Shown: in pieces, positions 8,277 through 15,725 of the stretch
How the letters are laid out: each line of letters begins with the position of its first letter
Numbering within the stretch: the stretch's first letter is position 1
Notes under the pieces: model-generated
Told to the model about the DNA's origin: nothing
The model's database searches: none
What the model saw: the letters and a program-made list of their open reading frames with translations, nothing else
Made by a program: the position numbers and the translations under genes
NCBI GenBank assembly: GCA_048885535.1
Contig: JBHLLO010000048.1
Coordinates: 1 to 22,237, forward strand
Origin: Candidatus Hermodarchaeota archaeon
GTDB taxonomy: Archaea; Asgardarchaeota; Lokiarchaeia; Sigyniarchaeales; SOKP01
DNA length: 22,237 bases
Direction: 5' to 3'

Positions 8277-8455
8277 TAATGTTGCCTAAAACACTAACTC
8301 TTTTTTATCATTTCACGGATAAACCTAGAATCAAAAAAGCTCTCTCGTGTTAGGCAAATTTGGGAGCATAATCTGTATCCTGTAAGGGTTACTGCCTATA
8401 ACTTCATCGCGTTGAAATTCTTCTTCGCTTAGTTAAGAGCCCATTTATCCAGGAT
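8277..8455 (-). ncRNA. Candidate two-hairpin box H/ACA guide RNA
   Basis: Hairpin 1: ATCCTG(8455-8450)/CAGGAT(8382-8377) followed immediately by ACA (8376-8374), with internal loop, TAACT/AGTTA stem and K-turn-like CTAA/GATGA capped by GCG/CGC. Hairpin 2: TGCCTAA(8356-8350)/TTAGGCA(8289-8283) followed by ACA (8282-8280), with internal loop, CTTTTT/AAAAAG stem and TGA/ATGAT K-turn. Folded by eye. Confidence 0.55.
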
Positions 8456-8467
8456 GAGTAATGATTA

Positions 8468-8560
8468 TTAAATTCAGGATGTTTGCATTTTTTTGCTCAT
8501 ATAATCATCATATTCATATATGTCCTCGAATAATGCAACTATTCCATCATCATATTCCCA
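8468..8560 (-). ncRNA. Candidate box C/D guide RNA with long spacers
   Basis: Box C ATGATGA (8553-8547), D' ATGA (8517-8514), C' ATGATGA (8511-8505), D CTGA (8477-8474) in canonical order; short terminal complementarity GAAT/ATTT. Confidence 0.55.
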
Positions 8561-8591
8561 CTAATATAATAAGAAGATATGGTTAATAAGT

Positions 8592-9344
8592 TTACATGTT
8601 CTTTTTAATAAGATTCAATATTTCTTCATAAGAACCAAGAATTTGTCGAATCTTAATATCATTTAAACCCTTATCTGGTTTACCTTCGAAAATAGCTTTC
8701 CCTTCATTCAAAAATAAGACTTTTTCAGCCCAATTTTCAACAAAGAAAAGATTATGTGTTGTAAATAGGATCGTTAATTTTTCTCTTTTTCTCAAATTCT
8801 CTAATATACTTAAATGATTAAATATTGATTTAAAGTCAAGGTTTGCGAAAGGTTCATCCAGAATTAATAATTTAGGTTTCATTACCAAAATCCCTGCCAG
8901 TGCAGCTCTCTTCTTTTGGCCCCAAGATAACTCAAATGGAGAATAATCCTTATAAGATAATAATTCTACAGCATCTAAGGCCCAATTCACTCGTCTATTT
9001 ACCTCTTTTTCATCTAGTTTTAAATTTCTAGCTCCAAATCCAACATCTTCCCCCACGGTTGGTGCAAATAGTTGATCATCTGGATTTTGAAATAGAAAGC
9101 CGAGTGATTTTCTTATTTCCCAAAGTTGTTTCTTATTCCTTGTCAGTAGCTGATTGAAAATTTTTATAGTTCCTGACTTTGGTTTTAATAAACCAACTAA
9201 TAATCTCAAAAGAGTGGTTTTTCCTGAACCATTATTTCCAATCAAGGCATAAATGGATTTTTCCTCCACTTTTAAACATAAATCTTTTATTTCAAATCCG
9301 GAATTGTATCTAAAATTAAGATCATGAACTTCTAGCGCAAAAAT
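8592..9344 (-). CDS. cbiO: ECF transporter ATPase (CbiO/NikO)
   Basis: Walker A GNNGSGKT, LFQNPDDQLFAPTV, LSWGQKKR, ILDEP, TTH. The frame stays open upstream of the GTG at 9269 and encodes the typical first strand (FALEVHDLNFRY), back to an ATT at 9344. Confidence 0.93.
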   Translation of the reverse strand: MFALEVHDLNFRYNSGFEIKDLCLKVEEKSIYALIGNNGSGKTTLLRLLVGLLKPKSGTIKIFNQLLTRNKKQLWEIRKSLGFLFQNPDDQLFAPTVGEDVGFGARNLKLDEKEVNRRVNWALDAVELLSYKDYSPFELSWGQKKRAALAGILVMKPKLLILDEPFANLDFKSIFNHLSILENLRKREKLTILFTTHNLFFVENWAEKVLFLNEGKAIFEGKPDKGLNDIKIRQILGSYEEILNLIKKNM

Positions 9345-10138
9345 AAATTAATAACCTCCATAAAGATTTGTTCTAAATTTACAAAATAAACTAAAAAGAT
9401 GATAGTACTTATAGTTAAAAAGAGCACAATATAGTCATATATTTTTAATTTTCTTGGAGCAAATGTAAGTTTTCCCGTAAATCCTCTCATTTTTAAACTC
9501 TCGTATAATTTTTCACTACGCTCCATATTGTTTACAATATTTTTTCCCATTATAAAAGCATGTGCTTTAACTCTCCGCCAATATGTTGCTGTATTCTTGC
9601 CCCTTAATTCTTGTGCATCTAACACTTTTTTATTAGAAATTGCGAGGATTGGAATGTAATGAAGCATTATTACTATAGCCCCTATGATAAATGAAGGAAC
9701 AATTCTGATTGTAGTCAATGCTTCGATAAATTCAGAATATGTTAAAGAAGAAAAAAATGTAAGAAAAGTAAAAGTTGCACCAATAATCCTAAGGAATAGA
9801 AGTAATGCCATTTTTAATCCTTCATAATAAACTGTTAAAGTTATACCTATATTTGATTGGAATACAATAGTATGACCAAAATAGAATGGTATGAATGTGC
9901 AAATAAGCAATAGAAACGGAATTAGAATTTTTAGTCTTGAGATGATCTTTACTATATTCAATTGGAAAAAAACATTAATACAAATTACAATAAAAGTAAT
10001 TATTGTAACCAGATATAAATCATTGAATAACAAAAATGGTAATACTAGGATAAAAGGTATTAGAAATCTAATTATAGGGTGCAATTTATTAAAAATGTTT
10101 GTCTCATTTTCAGTTTTAAAAGGTAAATTTGTTTTCAT
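9332..10138 (-). CDS. cbiQ: ECF transporter transmembrane T component (CbiQ/NikQ)
   Basis: Hydrophobic; LHPIIR, AQELRG and ERSEKLYESLKMRGF coupling motifs; overlaps the ATPase gene. Confidence 0.92.
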   Translation of the reverse strand: MKTNLPFKTENETNIFNKLHPIIRFLIPFILVLPFLLFNDLYLVTIITFIVICINVFFQLNIVKIISRLKILIPFLLLICTFIPFYFGHTIVFQSNIGITLTVYYEGLKMALLLFLRIIGATFTFLTFFSSLTYSEFIEALTTIRIVPSFIIGAIVIMLHYIPILAISNKKVLDAQELRGKNTATYWRRVKAHAFIMGKNIVNNMERSEKLYESLKMRGFTGKLTFAPRKLKIYDYIVLFLTISTIIFLVYFVNLEQIFMEVINLFLR

Positions 10139-10270
10139 TTAGTTACTACCCAATCAAATAATACTTTTTTCCAAAATAATCATATTATTAAAAAATAATA
10201 CTAAATTATAAATTAATAATATTTCATAATAATAAAACTAAATGATTAAGAATTAAAAGGAAACTATAAA

Positions 10271-10942
10271 ATGCATATACCAGACGGTTTTTTAGATCTG
10301 ATGACTATCGTAGTTCTATGGTTAATAGTAGTTCTTGTTATGATCCTAGGTTACTTTAAGATGGGAAAGGTTTTTCAGAAAGAAGACTCTGAGAAACTAA
10401 TACCTTATATAGGCGTTTTAGCAGCAGTTATTTTTGCCTTTCAATTTGTAAACTACCCTATCCTCTGGGGCACCTCAGGTCATCTAGTAGGGGGAACTCT
10501 TGTTGCAGTTATTCTCGGACCTTGGGCCTCCTTAATAGTTCTTTTTTTAATTCTTGTTATACAAAGTTTCTTTGGAGATGGAGGTATTATAGCTTTAGGA
10601 GCAAATACTTTCAATATGGGTGTTATAGGAGGGATAGTTGGATTTTATATTGTAGTATTTTTCATGAAGCTATTGAATAGAACATCTCTGAAAAAAGAGG
10701 TAAAAGTGACTATTTCTACTGCTATTGGATCTTATCTATCTATCATTCTTGCCTCGTTTGTATGTGGAATTGAAATTGGTATTGCGGGGGCCGTACCACT
10801 TGATATTTCAGTGCCGACAATGGTTTTTTGGCACTTATTTATTGGTATCGGGGAGGGGATTATATCTGCTTTAATTATCTTCTTTATATATAAAACAAAA
10901 CCAAATTTCATATTGACTGAATCAATTTTGGGGGTAGAATAA
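10271..10942 (+). CDS. cbiM: ECF Ni/Co substrate-specific component CbiM/NikM
   Basis: N-terminal MHIPDGFL metal-binding motif, GTSGHLVGG, GDGGIIALGAN, HLFIGIGEGIIS. Confidence 0.95.
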   Translation: MHIPDGFLDLMTIVVLWLIVVLVMILGYFKMGKVFQKEDSEKLIPYIGVLAAVIFAFQFVNYPILWGTSGHLVGGTLVAVILGPWASLIVLFLILVIQSFFGDGGIIALGANTFNMGVIGGIVGFYIVVFFMKLLNRTSLKKEVKVTISTAIGSYLSIILASFVCGIEIGIAGAVPLDISVPTMVFWHLFIGIGEGIISALIIFFIYKTKPNFILTESILGVE

Positions 10943-10948
10943 AAATCT

Positions 10949-11260
10949 ATGGATTTTATTCAGTATAAGCGACCTATAATGATAATCGCTTTAGTTATAA
11001 TTGCATTAGTTCTAATGATCGCAATAGGTTTCCCTTTAGGAATTCTCTCTCAAAATCCAGATGGATTAGAGAGAGTTTTAATTGATTATAATGGAGAATC
11101 TTGGCTTGAGAATTTATTTTCACCGTGGACTCCATTTCTTGTTTGGATTGAGAATGAGTATCTCGCGGGGATTATCGGAATTATCCTTACTACAGTAGTA
11201 ATTGTTGTAGTTTTCTATTTTATTGCATTTTTAAAAAGAAGAAGAAGAGAAAAATCCTAA
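10949..11260 (+). CDS. PDGLE-domain accessory membrane protein (NikN-like)
   Basis: Two TM helices flanking SQNPDGLERV; LAGIIG; immediately downstream of cbiM/nikM. Confidence 0.88.
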   Translation: MDFIQYKRPIMIIALVIIALVLMIAIGFPLGILSQNPDGLERVLIDYNGESWLENLFSPWTPFLVWIENEYLAGIIGIILTTVVIVVVFYFIAFLKRRRREKS

Positions 11261-11285
11261 ATTTTAAAAAAGGTTTATTCTTTAA

Positions 11286-11885
11286 ATGAAAGTTTTTTTT
11301 TTCATCAAATCAGGAAGTGTAAATGTTTCAAACTATACAATTAAAGATATTCCAGGTTCTTCTGGAAGATTAGATGTAATATCAAGATGCATTTTAGCCG
11401 CTATCCTAAATGAAAATGGATTTGAAAAATACATACAAATTTGGGTATTTTTAGAAAAATATGGTACATTTATTTTTGAACCAAAATCATTAGATTACGA
11501 TTTATTTCCTAAAAATGAAATACTACTTACAGATTACTTTGTTGATATAATAAAAAATAGAGATGGAAGGTTAAAAGATACTAATAATCCCTTAAAAGAT
11601 GTTAAATATTTCAATACTGATATTTTTACAATGATAAATGATTTCATTAATAAGGACTACTCTATATATGTATTAAATGAAAGTGGAGCAGATTTCTTTG
11701 AATTTTTAGATGAGATATTATCAAAAAAGAATATTATTTTTATCATTGGTAGTCAGACTGGTGAGATAATAAAATCAAAAGAATTAATTGAGTTAAATCT
11801 ACCTAATTTAAGTTTAGGAACTCAATCATATTTAGCTTCTTCTGTAATTCGATTAATAAGGATAAATCTAAGCTTAGAGATATGA
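11286..11885 (+). CDS. trmY: tRNA (pseudouridine54-N1)-methyltransferase, SPOUT class
   Basis: DIPGSSGRLDVISRC motif; C-terminal FIIGS and LSLGTQSYLASSVI SPOUT knot; divergent central part. Confidence 0.8.
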   Translation: MKVFFFIKSGSVNVSNYTIKDIPGSSGRLDVISRCILAAILNENGFEKYIQIWVFLEKYGTFIFEPKSLDYDLFPKNEILLTDYFVDIIKNRDGRLKDTNNPLKDVKYFNTDIFTMINDFINKDYSIYVLNESGADFFEFLDEILSKKNIIFIIGSQTGEIIKSKELIELNLPNLSLGTQSYLASSVIRLIRINLSLEI

Positions 11886-11949
11886 AAAATTTTTTATTTC
11901 AATAAATGTTAAAATTATATTATCAAAAATGACACAATTGGAAATTTAA

Positions 11950-12633
11950 TTGAGAGAAGAAGAAAAAGCATTTACAAAAAGGCAAAACCAACGAAGATTA
12001 CTTGATAAATTTATTGACCGACCTGTAAAATTTCTAATCCGAAAAAAGATATCGCCTAATTTCCTTTCCTATATAGGGTTTCTATTTTCTATAAGCACTG
12101 CTGTTTTTATTTCAATAGGAGCACTCCACTTTGATATTTGGTTAGCATGGATTGTACCCTTTTTGATGTTTTGGGCCGGAGCGTTTGATGTTTTCGATGG
12201 AGAAGTAGCAAGACGATCTGGTCATAATTCAAGAGCAGGAGCATTCCTAGATTCAAATTTAGATCGTATATCCGACTCTGCAATCATCCTAAGTCTGATA
12301 TTTGGGAATTATATCGATTATTTAATTGGGTATATTCTTCTTTTTTTGATAATAATGATTTCTTATATAAGGGCCAGAGCTGAAAATGAAGGTGTCGATA
12401 TGAAAGGAGTAGGATTTATGGAAAGAGCCGAAAGGCTTATAATTATGTGGCTTGCTTTTATTGCTGAATTTTGGATTTTTTATTTGTCAACTCTTTTTTA
12501 TGGCTTTCCTTTTAGATGGTTTTTTCCGATTTTTGCGTTAGTATTTATAGGATTACTCTCATTAACAATTCTTCAAAGATTTTTATATTCATTAAAATCA
12601 TTGCGTAAAATTGATAAAAAAGAAACAAAATAA
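11950..12633 (+). CDS. CDP-alcohol phosphatidyltransferase (archaetidylinositol phosphate synthase-like)
   Basis: SPN...DVFDGEVARRSG...GAFLDSNLDRISD signature; SYIRARAE, GFMERAER; upstream of rps26e. Confidence 0.93.
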   Translation: MREEEKAFTKRQNQRRLLDKFIDRPVKFLIRKKISPNFLSYIGFLFSISTAVFISIGALHFDIWLAWIVPFLMFWAGAFDVFDGEVARRSGHNSRAGAFLDSNLDRISDSAIILSLIFGNYIDYLIGYILLFLIIMISYIRARAENEGVDMKGVGFMERAERLIIMWLAFIAEFWIFYLSTLFYGFPFRWFFPIFALVFIGLLSLTILQRFLYSLKSLRKIDKKETK

Positions 12634-12740
12634 CCGAAATCTTTTAAATATGTTGATTAATCGGAAGAAAGAATAAATTTTTTAAATTTTACCTTATTCA
12701 AATACATAGAAATAAAATTTCATCAAAAAGGCTGATTTTT

Positions 12741-13013
12741 ATTCCCAAAAAGAGAAGAAGTGGCGGTAAAAGTGGTTCAAGAAAAGGTCAATTCTCAAAG
12801 GTTCAATGTGCCAATTGTGGTCGTTTTGTTGCTCGAAGTAAAGCTAAAGCAGTTACTAGGAGAGTTTCATTAGTTGATGGAAGGATGTATACTGAATTAA
12901 AAAAGGCGGGAACGATCATACAAGCGCCTACTAAGACAAAATATTATTGTATTAGTTGCGCAATTCACCAACATACAATAAGCCAACGAGATAAGAGTTT
13001 AAGAAAAGGCTGA
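12741..13013 (+). CDS. rps26e: 30S ribosomal protein eS26 (S26e), apparent ATT start
   Basis: Not in ORF track; manual translation (I/M)PKKRRSGGKSGSRKGQFSKVQCANCGRFVARSKAK...ELKKAG...YYCISCAIH...QRDKSLRKG*, with both CxxC Zn motifs of eS26; 273 nt. Confidence 0.95.
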   Translation: MPKKRRSGGKSGSRKGQFSKVQCANCGRFVARSKAKAVTRRVSLVDGRMYTELKKAGTIIQAPTKTKYYCISCAIHQHTISQRDKSLRKG

Positions 13014-13014
13014 A

Positions 13015-15003
13015 TCATAGATTAAGTGCTTTAAAGAAAGAAGGTAATGAATAGACAATTTCGCAAGTTTCTTTGTTTGTGACTTCAATAATTGCTCGTA
13101 TTAAATATTGTTCCTTTAGTTCGGCTGTTGGATTATAAATCTTTACTTTTGCTGTAGGTTTCAGTTTTAAAGAATAATTTTCAGCAATTCCAGTGAGTTT
13201 TTCCTCAGTTTTTAGAATAACACCTAATAATCCTAACTCATAATGAGACACTACAAAAAGATATTTTATATGATTTTCAAGCTTTTCAAAATGGACAACC
13301 TCTAAATATTCTTCTTGTAGTTCCTTAGGTAATTTATTGAATAGAATTATTTTTTTCTTTCCAGAAATATATGGAAAGGGAGTATAAAATAAAATATTGA
13401 AACTTGAAATTTTTTTTATTTGTTCATTATATTTCTCAACATCCTTTACAGAATAAGCTTTTTCTAACAAAATATCTAATTTATCAACCATCATATCTTC
13501 TGCAGAATATCCGTTCAATACAGTTGCTATATAAGCTCTTTTTAACTTTTCTATTAAGATATCACTTCTTACACTCAATTTATAATCAATGCTAATTTCT
13601 AAAGCTTCGTTATAAAGATTTGCTGCTATTTGTGAATGCCCAAGTGCCAGGAAATAATCACCTAATTCGCTAAAGACAATTATAGCATCTAAAAAGTTTT
13701 TTTCAAAATCTAAATTTGAGACTTCATCCATTATTCCCATTGCGGTTGTTCTTTCTTTCCCTTGAATATAAAGCGCTATAGCTTTACCAATTAGACATTT
13801 TAATTTTAATTTGTCATCTTTATAAATATCTGCGAGTTCTTCTGTAAAGTTGTAAGCCATTAGTGCATTATCATACAATCCATGAAATAAAAGTATTAAA
13901 GCTTTAACATAATTTAATGTTAAGCAAGTTTGATAGTTATGAATAATTGTTGAAAAGAAGGCTGCTCTCTCAAGTGAATCTATTGCCGAATTTATTCTAC
14001 CTAAAGAGACTAAGATAAATGCACGTAAAAATTCCATTTTAGAAATCTCAGAACAAATGAGGGTTTCGATTATTTCATAATCTTTTAATTTAGATAGTTT
14101 TCCCGAGGCTAACTGTAGTAATGATATTAAAAATCCATTTCCTTTTTTCAAAAACTTAGCAGCATCATTTGATTCATTTCTTACGATCGCTTCACGAGTT
14201 CTTTTAAGATATTCTCTTGAAATTTTTAAATTTTCAAGAAAATTTTGAATACCTTGAATTTTTTCCACTTCAGTCGAGGGTAATTTTTGTTCTTCAATAT
14301 ATTTTTCTGCAATTATAATTTCTTTTTGGTGTTTACTTACACCTATTTCAAATCTCATTTGTTCTTCTTCTTTATCAATGAATTGAGCGTCTTGAGTTAT
14401 TATTGAGTCCTGAGTAACATTTATAGCTTTTTCTATTAACCATTGTATTTTCTGTTCAGCTGGGTAAACGTGAGCACGCTCAATCATATAATGGAGTGTA
14501 TAATTTAGACTCTTTCTCCACAAATCCTTGAAATAATTCCTCAGTTGTTTACTTGGTATTGTTCTGTTTATCTTTAGAAGAAAACTTGAAAGGGAAAGAA
14601 TATTAACCTTGTTTTTCATAATTGATGCTGCATTCTTTGCTAATTTAAAATCATCAGTAACTAAATGTATCACAATATCGTCATCTGATAGTCGTTCACT
14701 CAAGGCGATTAAGGATAAATCAGGATCTTGAGCAGGAAATTTTATATTTGATATTTCTAATTCATCCTTTATCATCTGAATTTCAGATTGCAGAACTTTC
14801 TCAACATTTATAAAATCTTTAAACCTATTCTTAAAAGTCTGAGGAGCTTTAACTTCGTTGAAGACTAGATTAGTTATATAATAATTTAAACCTAATTCTT
14901 TCCCTGCAATTTCTAAATTATTTAAAAAGTTTTTGGCTCGAATTGAAATAGCACATATAAAAAAGTTGGCGTCAAAAATTACTTTTTCCTTTGTTTCAAC
15001 CAT
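13015..15003 (-). CDS. PIN-domain putative ribonuclease fused to TPR-like repeats and an unknown C-terminal domain
   Basis: VIFDANFF...VFNEV...QDPDLSLIALS...LVTDDFKL (PIN acidic residues); TPR-like repeats (LGRINSAIDSLERA, GLYDNALMAYN, ELGDYFLALGHSQIAANLYNEALEIS). Confidence 0.75.
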   Translation of the reverse strand: MVETKEKVIFDANFFICAISIRAKNFLNNLEIAGKELGLNYYITNLVFNEVKAPQTFKNRFKDFINVEKVLQSEIQMIKDELEISNIKFPAQDPDLSLIALSERLSDDDIVIHLVTDDFKLAKNAASIMKNKVNILSLSSFLLKINRTIPSKQLRNYFKDLWRKSLNYTLHYMIERAHVYPAEQKIQWLIEKAINVTQDSIITQDAQFIDKEEEQMRFEIGVSKHQKEIIIAEKYIEEQKLPSTEVEKIQGIQNFLENLKISREYLKRTREAIVRNESNDAAKFLKKGNGFLISLLQLASGKLSKLKDYEIIETLICSEISKMEFLRAFILVSLGRINSAIDSLERAAFFSTIIHNYQTCLTLNYVKALILLFHGLYDNALMAYNFTEELADIYKDDKLKLKCLIGKAIALYIQGKERTTAMGIMDEVSNLDFEKNFLDAIIVFSELGDYFLALGHSQIAANLYNEALEISIDYKLSVRSDILIEKLKRAYIATVLNGYSAEDMMVDKLDILLEKAYSVKDVEKYNEQIKKISSFNILFYTPFPYISGKKKIILFNKLPKELQEEYLEVVHFEKLENHIKYLFVVSHYELGLLGVILKTEEKLTGIAENYSLKLKPTAKVKIYNPTAELKEQYLIRAIIEVTNKETCEIVYSLPSFFKALNL

Positions 15004-15203
15004 AATTCGAAATTTTCATCGCATAATTAGTAGTAAATCCATCAAAAAAATGGTGACAAATATATTATAGATTTATTGTTTATATTGTTTTATTTTAATT
15101 AATCCTAATATCTTTAGAGCCAATTTATATTATTAAAAAATTAAGAAAATTTGATATTATAATTTTGATTATTTTTGATATTTAATTAGTAAAAGAAATT
15201 TAT

Positions 15204-15707
15204 ATGAAAATTGTATCTGTAATTGGTTATTCTGGAAGTGGTAAAACCTTCTTAATTTCAAATGCCATTAAATTGTTAAAGCAACAACTTAATTTGAAGA
15301 GTTCAGTTATTAAAAATGTACATAAGCACGAGATAGATGTAGAGGGAAAAGATTCATATAGATTTGCTGATGTAGGGGCTCAATATTCTATTATTCGAAA
15401 TAATTTAAAGGAAAATGCGATTTTCATTAAAAAAGATATTGAAATTAAAAGCCTAATTGAATTGATTGAAGTTGGACCTCTTAAAACAGACATACTTTTT
15501 ATTGAGGGCTTTAGGAATTTAAATTTCCCAACAATTTTATGTGTAAAGAATTTTTCAGAAATTAAATCTCAACTAACAAAAAAAGTAAAAATGATCTCTG
15601 GTCTTGTTACCAAAAACCAAACTGATCTTCAAGCTGAAATAGATTTACCAATTATTGATATCATCAATAATTTTGAGAGATTTCTGAATATATTTAAAAT
15701 TCGCTAG
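15204..15707 (+). CDS. mobB: Molybdopterin-guanine dinucleotide biosynthesis protein B
   Basis: MKIVSVIGYSGSGKT, DVEGKDSYRFADVGA, DILFIEGFR. Confidence 0.92.
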   Translation: MKIVSVIGYSGSGKTFLISNAIKLLKQQLNLKSSVIKNVHKHEIDVEGKDSYRFADVGAQYSIIRNNLKENAIFIKKDIEIKSLIELIEVGPLKTDILFIEGFRNLNFPTILCVKNFSEIKSQLTKKVKMISGLVTKNQTDLQAEIDLPIIDIINNFERFLNIFKIR

Positions 15708-15725
15708 GATCATGGGATTTAATCT

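Noticed and set aside
8283-8356. Eukaryote-like SECIS element (UGAU/UGAU quartet hairpin) in the cbiO 3' region
   Set aside because: No upstream gene has an in-frame UGA, the helix above the quartet is too short, and the terminal ACA plus pocket fit an H/ACA hairpin better.
8474-8560. Short minus-strand frame WEYDDGIVALFEDIYEYDDYMSKKMQTS
   Set aside because: Preceded directly by a stop with no start; the YDD repeats simply reflect the two ATGATGA boxes.
8273-8591. SRP RNA, RNase P RNA or cobalamin riboswitch
   Set aside because: No SRP helix-8 motif, no RNase P GAGGAAAGUCC, no B12 box; the region is also downstream, not upstream, of the transporter.
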